Below, in pieces: positions 52,857-63,092 of a stretch of DNA of 64,000 bases (its first letter is position 1; the number at the start of each line of letters is the position of its first letter). The stretch covers positions 1-64,000 of the forward strand of contig JABGXB010000002.1 of assembly GCA_018675975.1 (NCBI GenBank), read 5' to 3'. The notes under the pieces are model-generated. The model saw only the letters and a program-made list of their open reading frames with translations, ran no database searches and was not told the origin of the DNA. The DNA is from Candidatus Woesearchaeota archaeon. GTDB taxonomy: Archaea; Nanobdellota; Nanobdellia; Woesearchaeales; JABGXB01. The translations under genes and the position numbers were made by a program.

Positions 52857-52930
52857 GGGGTCGTAGCTCAGCCTGGTAGAGCATCTGCCTTGCAAGCAGG
52901 GGGCCTCGGGTTCGAATCCCGACGACTCCA
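52857..52930 (+). tRNA. tRNA-Ala(TGC)
   Basis: GGGGTCG/CGACTCC acceptor with G3:U70, anticodon loop CTTGCAA, GTTCGAATC T-loop; no intron; CCA not encoded. Confidence 0.96.
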
Positions 52931-53093
52931 CTTTCAAATTAAAAAAATAATATTCAACAAATTACAAAATTATCATATGGCAAAAGATATGGTAAGAATG
53001 ACGAGGTATAAATATTTATTATTTTCATACTGATGAAATCGATGCATAGGTAATGTCTTTGAACTAGAACAATCTAGGTTAAATAAAATATGA

Positions 53094-55984
53094 TCCTTAC
53101 GCCAATAGAGGGATGGATTGGCTCGAGAGTCTATGAAGAATGTGACAAGCTGCATTAAGTTCCGGCGAGCTGCACGTAAGTTTTGAACCGGAAATATTTG
53201 AATGGGATTCCCATTAAATGCCGAAAGGCAAGAGAACGTAGGGAATTGAAGCGTCTTAGTACCTACAGGAAAAGAAAGCAAAAGCGATTCTGTAAGTAAG
53301 AGCGACTGAAAGCAGAACAGCGCAACCTGAATGGGATATGGAAACATATCGCGGATGTGGGTGGCTGTACTTGGCCGTAGTTGAGTAAATTAAAATTTTC
53401 TGGAAAGTTATGCGATACAGGGTGATAGCCCCGTAAATGTGAATCAACCGGCCGTTTAGAACAGTCATAGAGTAGCGGTAATTGGAAATTTGCCGTGAAT
53501 GTGGGAAGCAACAATTCCTAACGCTAAATACTCCTCGAGACCGATAGCGTATAGTACCGTGAGGGAATTCTGAAAAGTACACGTAATAGTGTGTGAAAAG
53601 ACCTGAAATCTATTGGTTATAGTGGGATGCGGCCCTAAGGGGTTGCATCGTGCGTTTTGAAAAACGCGCCAACGAGTGTATCTTTATGGCAAGAATAATC
53701 TGTAAAAGAGTATTCGAAGGGAAACCGAAATCATTGCAACGCAAGTGAGAATGGAGGTATTAAAGTGCCTATAGTCATGAGGATACGACCCGAAGCCGGT
53801 CGAGCTATGCCTGAGTAAGGTGAAGCGAACAATTTTGTTCGTGGAGGCCTGAAGAGTTGTTACGAGCACGTACTCTTATAACTTGGGTATAGGGGTGAAA
53901 AGCCAATCGAGACCGGTTATAGCTGGTTCCTAGCGAAATTGGCCTTAGTCAAGTGCAATCCGAGGTAGTGGTGTCGGTAAAGATACGGATTTGAGATTTA
54001 GGGGGCGAGAGCCTTCGGTTTTTTGTCCAACTCTAAATGGCATTACGCCGTAGACGATTGTAAACGGGGGATGGGGGTAAGCCTCATTCCCGAGAGGGGA
54101 ACAACCCACACTTTAGTTAAGGTCCCTAAATATCAGTTAAGTGTTAAAGGGTGAAAGGTGTCCATAAACATAGACAGTGAGGAGGTTGGCTTAGAAGCAG
54201 CCATCCTTTAAAGATAGCGTAACAGCTCACTCATCAAGTTTATGGGTCCTGAAAACGGACGGGGCTAAACTGATTACCGATACTAAAGGCAATAATTAAT
54301 GTAATTATTGTGGTAGCTAGGTGTATTGCTTGGGCAGAAGCTTCTTTGTGAAAAGGGGTGGACCGAGTAATAATAAGAATGTTGGCGATAGTAGGATCAG
54401 AGTGATGTGAGAATCATCATCATCGAAAGGGCAAGGGTTCCATTGCACTGTAAATCAGCAGTGGGTTAGTCGATCCTAAGCAGATTCCTAACTGGATATA
54501 CTGCGAAAGGGAAACAGGTTAATATTCCTGTACTTATTAAGTATGCGTGGCAACACAAGTCTAATTTCAGACGGTTGGGGCTAGATGCGAAACTGATCAA
54601 GGTTTTTAAACAAATTAAGTCTTTGGAGTGTTACAATGACGAGAAAAAGATTAAGTTTGTGAACAGTATTACTTCAGTAATATTGTGTTGATGCCTCGAT
54701 CCCATGAAAATGGAATTAGAAAAAATCTTAATAATTCGTACCAAGAACCGACACAGGTGCCCCTAGGTGAGAAGCCTAAGATGTGAAGGGAATAATCATT
54801 GTAAGGGAATTCGGCAATATTGGCCCTGTACCTTCGGTATAAGGGGTCCCTGATTTTGTGTGCTTATGTATGCATTTTCAGGGCGCAGTGACTAAGGAGG
54901 TCCGACTGTTTAACAAAAACTTAACCGGCTGCTAGCGTGTAAACGTGTGTATAGCCGGTGACGTCTGCCCAGTGCCAGTACTTTAAGTCCTGTTTCAACG
55001 GGATGAAGAGCTGGTAAACGGCGGGGGTAACTATAACTCTCTTAAGGTAGCGAAATGCCTTGCCGTTTGATTGACGGCCTGCATGAATGGCGTAACGAGA
55101 CTTCCGCTGTCCCTACAATGAACCCTCCGAACATTTGTTCTGGTGCAAAGGCCAGAGACTTCTGGTGGGAAGTAAAGACCCCGTGAAACTTTACTGTAGC
55201 CTGTAGTTGTGGTGTGAAAGGTGTTGTGCAGGGTAAAAAGTAGCTGTTTGAGGTGAGTATCGCAAGGTATTCGTTTAGGCGTCCATGAGACACTTTTTTA
55301 CAACTTTTACATCGCTAACCAATTTATTGGGACATCTATTGGTGGACAGTTTGGCTGGGACGGCACACCGTCGAAAAGATATCGACGGTGCCCTATGGTA
55401 AGCTCAATCCGGTCGGAAATCGGATGTAGAGTGCAAAAGCAAAAGCTTGCCTTAGTGGATTTCAAACAGAACGAAATCCATTCACGAAAGTGTGGTTTAG
55501 AGAACTCCCGCAGCTTCTTGTTGAGGCTCGGGAACTACTGAAAAGTTACTCCGGGGATAACAGAGTTGTCTCGCCCGAGAGTTCGTATCGACGGCGAGGC
55601 TTGCTACATCGACGTCGGCTCTCTCTATCCTGGCCGTGCAGAAGCGGCCAAGGGTGGGGGTGTTCACCCATTAAAAGGGATGTTAGCTGGGTTCACAACG
55701 CTGTGAAGCAGTTGGTTTAATATCTACCAGAAGTGTGGGATCTCTGAGATTAAGGGAGCTCCAGTACGAAAGGAACGAGTTGCCGATGCCTCTGGTGTAT
55801 CAGTTGTCTGACAAGGCATGCTGAGCAGCTACGCATTAGTTGATAAGTGCTGAAAGCATCTAAGCACGAAGCAATGACCGAAAAGAGAGATCATAGGAGC
55901 GGGAAGAAGACCCGTTTGATGGGATGGGTGTCCAATTACCAAGCTTTTGCGAGGTATTTAGCATGCCATTACCAATATCCATTT
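53094..55984 (+). rRNA. rrl: 23S rRNA (archaeal, divergent)
   Basis: GTACCGTGAGGGAA, GTAACTATAACTCTCTTAAGGTAGCGAAA, GGGATAACAG, sarcin-ricin loop, GCTGAAAGCATCTAAG; ends inferred from flanking stems. Confidence 0.96.
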
Positions 55985-56113
55985 TCATATTTTATTCAAA
56001 GACATTACTAATTGCATCGATTTTCATTTTTTTTTATTAAAAAAATTAAGAATTGTTACTAAGGTAGACTAATCTATCATAAACATATTTTTATTAATTT
56101 TAAAAAAATTTAA

Positions 56114-57115
56114 TTAAAAATATCCATAAATAAAAATAACACTAACTAAAGAAATTAAACTAAATATCATAATAAATAATAATAATTTTAAAACAAATAT
56201 ATTATTATTTGATTCGATATAATTATCAGTATTAATTTTTTCCAAATCTGCTTTTAATAATTCAGTTTTATATTTAGTTAAAATAATATCATTATTTTGT
56301 AAATCTAATGTTTGTTTTAATTGATTTTCATTTAAATTAATATCACATAAACTTTTTTCAATAAAAATTTCTTTCTGATCAAATAATTCATCAAATTCAT
56401 TATAAATTTTTAAAACTACATTTGAATCAAAATTTAATTTATCAAATTCAAAACTTATTTTTTCTATATTATGTAAATCAAGTTCATTGATATTTTTATT
56501 TAATACTAAATCATTAATTGTTAATTCAGATCTAATATTGTATTCTTTATACTTTCCAATATTTTTTAAATTAACATCAATAGTAATTGGCTCTTGACAA
56601 AAGTAAATATCATTATTAATTTTTGTAGATAAAATTGATATTTTATGTTTATATTCCTCTACCTTAATTACAAAATTAATTTTGTCTGTATGTAAAGTAT
56701 CCAAACTATCAGTAGCTGTTATTAATAATTCAGCATTATATTTATCTTCAAAAGTATTTGATTGAATATTTAAATCTAAAGTAAAACTTTTTCTTTGATC
56801 ATTTTCCAATTCAAAATTTCTTTTTTGTTCTAAATTTAAATCAGGTATCGAAAAAACAATATCTATAGTATTAAATTCAATATCACTATTTCTACTAAAT
56901 AAATTTTTAACCTGAGTTTCAATGCTAATTTTTTCATTTGGAAAAACATCAATTTCTAAATTATCAATTAATGTTTTTTTATCACTACCGTATAGAACTT
57001 TAGATTTATACAATTCTAATTCTATAGCATTTGTTGCTGTGATTAACATTGAACCCAGTATTAAAATTGTTAATATTAATACACCTAATTTTTTAGCCAT
57101 ATTTAGACAAATCAT
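56114..57115 (-). CDS. Surface protein with Ig-like/CARDB-like domains and C-terminal TM anchor
   Basis: Signal peptide, beta-rich VNLKNIG motif, C-terminal hydrophobic helix. Confidence 0.65.
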   Translation of the reverse strand: MICLNMAKKLGVLILTILILGSMLITATNAIELELYKSKVLYGSDKKTLIDNLEIDVFPNEKISIETQVKNLFSRNSDIEFNTIDIVFSIPDLNLEQKRNFELENDQRKSFTLDLNIQSNTFEDKYNAELLITATDSLDTLHTDKINFVIKVEEYKHKISILSTKINNDIYFCQEPITIDVNLKNIGKYKEYNIRSELTINDLVLNKNINELDLHNIEKISFEFDKLNFDSNVVLKIYNEFDELFDQKEIFIEKSLCDINLNENQLKQTLDLQNNDIILTKYKTELLKADLEKINTDNYIESNNNIFVLKLLLFIMIFSLISLVSVIFIYGYF

Positions 57116-57237
57116 TTAGCCTTTATAATAATTACCATTTTGTAATCACTTAGCAATAGTTACAACACACAGTGAATTATATACACTAAAATCCTTAGGT
57201 GAGATATTATTATAAATGAACCAATTTCTAATTTGAC

Positions 57238-57543
57238 ATGGAAGCATTAGAAAGTATAATTAAATCAATAAAAAGGTCCCCAGATGCGAATTTCTTAACT
57301 ACTGCAGGCCTAATTACACTAATTGGTTTTGATGCACCACCTGGTGGATTATTATTAACTTTTTTAGGTGTTAAACAATATATTTCTGGTTTTGATGGAT
57401 ATAAAATTGCTTCAAAATATATTAAAAGTTGTCAAAAAAAAAATCTTGAACCTAATTTTAATAGAGTTTCCAAATTAGTTGGATTTTGTGAAAAATTAGG
57501 ATATAAATATGCAGTTAAAGAATATTACAACAATAAAGCTTAA
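57238..57543 (+). CDS. Small hypothetical membrane protein
   Basis: 101-aa ORF with hydrophobic hairpin; TTATAAAT upstream. Confidence 0.5.
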   Translation: MEALESIIKSIKRSPDANFLTTAGLITLIGFDAPPGGLLLTFLGVKQYISGFDGYKIASKYIKSCQKKNLEPNFNRVSKLVGFCEKLGYKYAVKEYYNNKA

Positions 57544-57568
57544 TAAATAATTAGAATAACCTAATAAT

Positions 57569-58105
57569 ATGACTAAAATAACTGGAAAAGAATCTATTGG
57601 AGAATTAATTCAAAAGTATCCACAAATTGTACCAATTATAGAATCATTTGGATTACATTGTACTTCTTGTTCTTCGTCTAATTGGGAAACTTTAGAACAA
57701 GGTGCAAAAGGTCATGGATTAGAAAATAATGTTGTTGAAAAATTAATTACTTCTTGTAATGATTATATAGAAAATAGAACTGATAAAATTACATTAACTC
57801 AAAATGCAATTAATAAATTAAAACAATTAATGCAAAATGAAAGTAAAAATAATCATGGTTTAAGAATTGAAGTTATTACAGGCGGTTGTAGTGGATTTAA
57901 ATATGATTTATCTGTTGAAGAAAAACCAAAAGAAAATGATTTTGTTTATGATCAAGAAAATGTGAAAATTTTTGTAGCTAAAGATAGTTATGATGTATTA
58001 AAGGGAAGTTTAATTGATTATATTGATGCACTTCAAGGTGCTGGTTTTAAAGTTATTAATCCAAATTCATCTAAAGAATGCGGTTGTGGAAAAAGTTTTG
58101 CTTAA
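57569..58105 (+). CDS. DUF1858-like domain fused to IscA/HesB A-type Fe-S carrier
   Basis: GLHCTSC...ETLEQGAKGHG N-terminus; GGCSG and CGCGKSF. Confidence 0.88.
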   Translation: MTKITGKESIGELIQKYPQIVPIIESFGLHCTSCSSSNWETLEQGAKGHGLENNVVEKLITSCNDYIENRTDKITLTQNAINKLKQLMQNESKNNHGLRIEVITGGCSGFKYDLSVEEKPKENDFVYDQENVKIFVAKDSYDVLKGSLIDYIDALQGAGFKVINPNSSKECGCGKSFA

Positions 58106-58198
58106 TAATAATTATATATTATAATCTTTAATCAAAAAATACAAATGTAAATACTAACCTTAGATTTAATTATTATAATACAAACACATTCTAATTAT

Positions 58199-58681
58199 AT
58201 GAAAATAGTTTTACAAAATGAAATTCCATCCAATAGTTCTAATAGTACTGAAATTGCAAATACAATTCTATCTCGAATTGGATTACTTCCAAGAAAAAGT
58301 GGATCAACAAAAAATATGAATAAAGTTTTATTAGAATTATATGAACGAAGTAAATTATCAAACAAAATGCAACAACCACATATTGCTTTAATGAGTGTAG
58401 AAGAAATGGCAATACATGCTGGCATTACAAGACAAACTTTTTATGAATATTTAGTTAGATGGATTGAATTAAATTTTATTGTAAAACAAAATTATGTAAT
58501 AGTAAAAAATAATACTAAAAAAATACTAAATGGATATAGACTTAATGGATCTAATATATTAAATGCATTTGAAAAAGTTAAAACAACAATTAATGAAAAT
58601 TTAAATCAAACATTAAACTTAACAAAAAAATTACAAAATGAAATTAAACGTGAAAAATTAATTAAGCATAAACATCAATAA
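58199..58681 (+). CDS. HTH DNA-binding protein
   Basis: SVEEMAIHAGITRQTFYEYLVRW helix-turn-helix. Confidence 0.7.
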   Translation: MKIVLQNEIPSNSSNSTEIANTILSRIGLLPRKSGSTKNMNKVLLELYERSKLSNKMQQPHIALMSVEEMAIHAGITRQTFYEYLVRWIELNFIVKQNYVIVKNNTKKILNGYRLNGSNILNAFEKVKTTINENLNQTLNLTKKLQNEIKREKLIKHKHQ

Positions 58682-58862
58682 TATTTCCTTTTGTATAATC
58701 AAATTTAGGTTTTGGATTAACTAAATATGGTAAAGTTTTTTTATTTAAATCTAATTCTTCATTAATTGCATTCGTTTTTTTTGAACTTGCAATACCAGTA
58801 ATTCTTTTTTTACTCTTAACTAATGGAATATACGGATTATTATTTACTTCATTTATATACAT
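58662..58862 (-). CDS. Small hypothetical protein
   Basis: 66-aa ORF ending KGNIIDVYA; TTTATAAA upstream. Confidence 0.5.
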   Translation of the reverse strand: MYINEVNNNPYIPLVKSKKRITGIASSKKTNAINEELDLNKKTLPYLVNPKPKFDYTKGNIIDVYA

Positions 58863-58897
58863 GCAAGTTAGAATTATTTAAAATTTATAAATTTGAC

Positions 58898-60631
58898 TTA
58901 ATTCGCTTCAATTTCAATTATAGTATCACTTGAAAGATTCTCACTTGAAACATTATTACTTGAAATATTAGGTTCTTCAAATTTTAAAATATCAACAATA
59001 GATTTAGAAAATTCTTTAGTTCTTCTTAAAAATTCAGCTTTGAATTTTTCATTATCAACATTTGAAACTAAATAATCAGTAAAATCATTAAAGTTACTTA
59101 ATAAGCCATTTTTACCAAACAATGTCATATCTAAATTCATATCATCCAAATCAATGTCACTCATAAAAAAATTATCAGATATTTGTTTACTTTCTTTCAA
59201 TGCCTTAATAAATTCAATTTCATCATTACTTGGAAGTCTTTTAGATTTAAATCCTCTATCTAAATCAGGATTAATATTGGATTTTCTTAAATCTCTACCA
59301 GGAACATTTGTAGTAATTACTTCAACTTCATTAGGATATAAATAAAGTTTTTTTACACCATTAGTAGATCTGTATTTAACAGTTGTTCTAAAACCATCAA
59401 AATCTGTTACTCTTGCAATACGTCCAGTATATTTGTGATTAGGAACATTAATTTTAACAAAAATCCCTCTATCATTCAAAGACTTAGATTCAACAATATC
59501 ATTATTTCCAGATTGAGCTTCACTAGAATCTGTTGATTCTATTCTACTTAAATTAAAAGCAAAATATCTCATACTATTACTAGCCTCTGCATCTATTTTT
59601 GAATATAATTCATTTTTCACTATAGCATAAAGAAAATTTTCACTAGCATAATCAAATGTTCTACATAAAATACTCAATAAATTAGAATCTAATAATCTTT
59701 TGTTAAGGTTTTGCGCATCTAAATAATCAGATGAAAAACTTAAAACAAAATTTTTATATTCAGTAATTGAAGATCTCATATTTTCATAAAAATTATTTAA
59801 TGCATGAAATATATTTTCTTCTTCTTTAATTAAATCAGCATCACTAACTACATTTTTTAATTTAGAATTTAATATTGATTCAAGTGACCAAACTAAACCA
59901 AAAGGATTTTTGTCTTCTGATTCAATCTCCCCAATAAAACTAAAACTATCTTCTAAATAAGTTTGTGCAATACCTGCTTGATTCTCATAAACATTTTGAA
60001 TTTGGTGAAATATAACACTCTTTTCAATCGGTGAAGGTTTGTTTCTTTTTAAATTAGCTAATGAATTTTCAATTTCAAATTTAGAAGTTAATACATTTTC
60101 TAAATCATCTCCCATTGATTTTAATTCTTCATCTAAATTAATATATAAATAATTTTGAGCATATGATTCAATATAAAAAGCTCTAGGTAATTTTGATTGT
60201 TCATCAACACATAATTTTCTTAAAAGAATAGATCTACCAAAATCAAAATCTAAATTATTTAATTCAATTTCATGTTCATCTAATAAAAATTGACACTCAG
60301 TATAATGTTTCATGTATAATAATTCAGGTTGAATTTTTGAATATAAATGAAATACGTTAAATACATCAGAATCAGTAAGATTTTTTTTTAATTTAACTCT
60401 TTTACATTCTTTCAAAAATGTAGAATATTCATTAAAAAGTTGATCATAATTTTCACGCTGTGAAAAAACTAATCCAAAATTTTCTAATTTATCTTCATTC
60501 ATTGAATCTAATCTTTTGCCTTCTTTTGACCCAAATAAGACATAAATTCCATCAAACATACCCATATTCATTACTGAAGAGTTATTTTTATAAATGAGAC
60601 TAAAATGTAAAATATATATTCCAAACATCAT
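58898..60631 (-). CDS. Hypothetical protein with KOW-like segment
   Basis: GIFVKINVPNHKYTGRIARV resembles KOW; true start probably near 60570. Confidence 0.6.
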   Translation of the reverse strand: MMFGIYILHFSLIYKNNSSVMNMGMFDGIYVLFGSKEGKRLDSMNEDKLENFGLVFSQRENYDQLFNEYSTFLKECKRVKLKKNLTDSDVFNVFHLYSKIQPELLYMKHYTECQFLLDEHEIELNNLDFDFGRSILLRKLCVDEQSKLPRAFYIESYAQNYLYINLDEELKSMGDDLENVLTSKFEIENSLANLKRNKPSPIEKSVIFHQIQNVYENQAGIAQTYLEDSFSFIGEIESEDKNPFGLVWSLESILNSKLKNVVSDADLIKEEENIFHALNNFYENMRSSITEYKNFVLSFSSDYLDAQNLNKRLLDSNLLSILCRTFDYASENFLYAIVKNELYSKIDAEASNSMRYFAFNLSRIESTDSSEAQSGNNDIVESKSLNDRGIFVKINVPNHKYTGRIARVTDFDGFRTTVKYRSTNGVKKLYLYPNEVEVITTNVPGRDLRKSNINPDLDRGFKSKRLPSNDEIEFIKALKESKQISDNFFMSDIDLDDMNLDMTLFGKNGLLSNFNDFTDYLVSNVDNEKFKAEFLRRTKEFSKSIVDILKFEEPNISSNNVSSENLSSDTIIEIEAN

Positions 60632-60714
60632 TTGTTTTTAATAGATTAATATTATTATTTTTTAATATCAAATTATATAACTAAATTTATTAAATCTTTA
60701 ATTAGATTATTAAT

Positions 60715-61359
60715 ATGAAATATAATAAAAAGGTTTTTCTTAAAGAATTTATTATCAGACTAAAAAAACAATATCCAAATACAAAATGTAGCTTAAATTA
60801 TTCTAATGATTATGAATTACTTTTTGCAACCATTTTATCTGCACAATGTACTGATGAAAGAGTAAATAAAGTAACAGAAAAATTATTTAAAAAATATACA
60901 AGCATAATTGACTTTGCAAATGTTCCTATACAAGAATTAGAAATTGATATTAAATCAACTGGATTTTTTAGATCAAAAGCTAAATCAATAAAAGAGAGTG
61001 CAATTAAAATTTTAGAAGATTTTGATGGTAAAGTTCCAAATAAAATGGAAGAATTATTAAAATTACGAGGAGTTGCAAGAAAAACAGCAAATGTAGTTTT
61101 AGGAGTTTATTATAATATTGCAGCAGGAATTGTAGTTGATACTCATGTTAGTAGAATTAGTTATAGAACAGGATTGACAAAAAATAAAAACATCCCAAAA
61201 ATCGAATTAGATTTATGTAAAATTGTGCCAAAAAATAATTGGATTATTTTTTCTCATTTATTAATTGATTTTGGAAGAGAATTTTGTAGTGCACCAAATC
61301 CAAAATGTAATAATTGTTTTGTTAATGATATTTGTCCAAAAAAGCTAGATTGGCGGTAA
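60715..61359 (+). CDS. nth: Endonuclease III
   Basis: LSAQCTDERVN, LRGVARKTANV HhH, VDTHV, C-x6-C-x2-C-x5-C Fe-S motif. Confidence 0.96.
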   Translation: MKYNKKVFLKEFIIRLKKQYPNTKCSLNYSNDYELLFATILSAQCTDERVNKVTEKLFKKYTSIIDFANVPIQELEIDIKSTGFFRSKAKSIKESAIKILEDFDGKVPNKMEELLKLRGVARKTANVVLGVYYNIAAGIVVDTHVSRISYRTGLTKNKNIPKIELDLCKIVPKNNWIIFSHLLIDFGREFCSAPNPKCNNCFVNDICPKKLDWR

Positions 61360-61423
61360 TACGACACTAAACCACAATATATAACAATTAACTTTATAAT
61401 AAGTAAATTTTTCTTTCAAAACT

Positions 61424-61894
61424 ATGGCAATTCAAAACGGAGATAGAATAGGAGTAGAATATACTGGTACATTAGAAGACGGATCTGTATTCGATTCATC
61501 AAAAAATCATAAAAAACCATTAGTATTCGAAGTGGGAGCAGGTCAAGTAATTAAAGGATTTGATAATTCAGTAATTGGAAAAGAAAAAGGAGATAAATTC
61601 GAAGTAACAGTTTCACCCGAAGAAGGATATGGTGAATATAAAGAAGAATTAAAAATGGAATTTCCAAATGAAAATTTACCTGAAAATGCAAAAGAAGGCG
61701 ATATGGTTTTATTATCAGATGGAAAAGGACAAGAATTTCCAAGTAAAATTTTAGAAATTAAAGAAGATAAAGTAAAATTAGATATGAATTATCCATTAGC
61801 AGGTAAAACATTAAAATTTGAAATTTTAATTCTTGAACATCAAACTAAACAAGAAACAGATGAATCTTCTGAAGAAAAAGTTTCTCAAGAATAA
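61424..61894 (+). CDS. FKBP-type PPIase (SlyD-like)
   Basis: YTGTLEDGSVFDSS, GQVIKGF, PEEGYG, DMNYPLAGKTLKF. Confidence 0.93.
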   Translation: MAIQNGDRIGVEYTGTLEDGSVFDSSKNHKKPLVFEVGAGQVIKGFDNSVIGKEKGDKFEVTVSPEEGYGEYKEELKMEFPNENLPENAKEGDMVLLSDGKGQEFPSKILEIKEDKVKLDMNYPLAGKTLKFEILILEHQTKQETDESSEEKVSQE

Positions 61895-61938
61895 TTTTTT
61901 AATATAATTTTTTAAATTAATACTATTTTTATTTTAAT

Positions 61939-62661
61939 ATGAAAACTACATGTAAAGTTATTTCATTTGAATATCAAACATCAGATATATTTGTATTTAA
62001 AGTTAAATGTAATGAAAATGTCGAATATAAACCAGGACAGTTTTTTATGTTATCAATAAGTGGAATTACTTATGATAATAAATTAAAAAAAGATCTATGT
62101 ATGCCAATTAAAAGGGCGTATAGTGTAAGTTCAATTAGAAATGAAAAGTATATAGAGTTTTGTGTTAAAAAAGAAAATGAAGGAACTGTAAGTTTAGCAT
62201 TAAGTAAATTAAAAATAGGAGACACAATTAATATAACAGGTCCATACGGAAAATTTGTATTAAAAGAAAATAAAAAAGATATAGTTTTACTTGCAATTGG
62301 AAGTGGGATTACACCAATAATGTCAATGTTGAGATCTATAGTTAAAAATAAAATTTATTTAAATAAAAAAATTACATTAATATATGGAAATAAAGAAGAA
62401 ATTACTTACAAAGATGAAATCATAAAATTATGTAAAGATAAAATTAATTTAATTTTTAGTTTAACAAAAATAAATAAAAAAGTAACAAATTGTCAAACTA
62501 TTTTTAATAGAATAACTATTTCAACATTAGAAGATTTAAATATTGATTATACAAATAGTAATATTTACATGTGTGGAAAATTAGAATTCATTAAAAATTT
62601 AAAAGATTCATTTAAAGAAAAAGGAATTTCAAAAGAAAATATTAATTTTGAGATCTATTAG
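61939..62661 (+). CDS. FNR-like FAD/NAD(P)-binding oxidoreductase
   Basis: YKPGQF, RAYSVSS, GTVS, GPYG, GSGITP, MCG. Confidence 0.9.
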   Translation: MKTTCKVISFEYQTSDIFVFKVKCNENVEYKPGQFFMLSISGITYDNKLKKDLCMPIKRAYSVSSIRNEKYIEFCVKKENEGTVSLALSKLKIGDTINITGPYGKFVLKENKKDIVLLAIGSGITPIMSMLRSIVKNKIYLNKKITLIYGNKEEITYKDEIIKLCKDKINLIFSLTKINKKVTNCQTIFNRITISTLEDLNIDYTNSNIYMCGKLEFIKNLKDSFKEKGISKENINFEIY

Positions 62662-63085
62662 AACTTAATTCATCCATTTTCTTTTTCAAAGAACAATAAT
62701 CTTCATAAGTTTTATCATCAAAAATTTCTCTTGCATATTTATCATCAAATTTATTTGCTATCTCATGAGCTTTATTTAAACTAGTTGAATAATCTCCATC
62801 TAAAATATTTAGTAAACTAGCCTCTAAAATTTCATGTAATAAAATTGGCTTATTAAATTTAGGATCCATAAAATTATTTGCAAAATAAATGTCCAAATCT
62901 GCAAGATCAGAATTTATATAAAAAAAAGGACAGTCTCCATTTAATCTTTCTTCTTCTGTATACTCACAGGGAAATAATATATATCCTAATCCATTATAAG
63001 AGAAATGTTCATAGTATTCAAATTTAATATTTTCAACTACTTGTTTTAATTCTTGATAATTAATTTCCATTAATAGACCCATCAA
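62642..63085 (-). CDS. Hypothetical protein with HE zincin-like motif
   Basis: ILLHEILE...AHEIA. Confidence 0.5.
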   Translation of the reverse strand: MMGLLMEINYQELKQVVENIKFEYYEHFSYNGLGYILFPCEYTEEERLNGDCPFFYINSDLADLDIYFANNFMDPKFNKPILLHEILEASLLNILDGDYSTSLNKAHEIANKFDDKYAREIFDDKTYEDYCSLKKKMDELSSNRSQN

Positions 63086-63092
63086 GAGTTAT

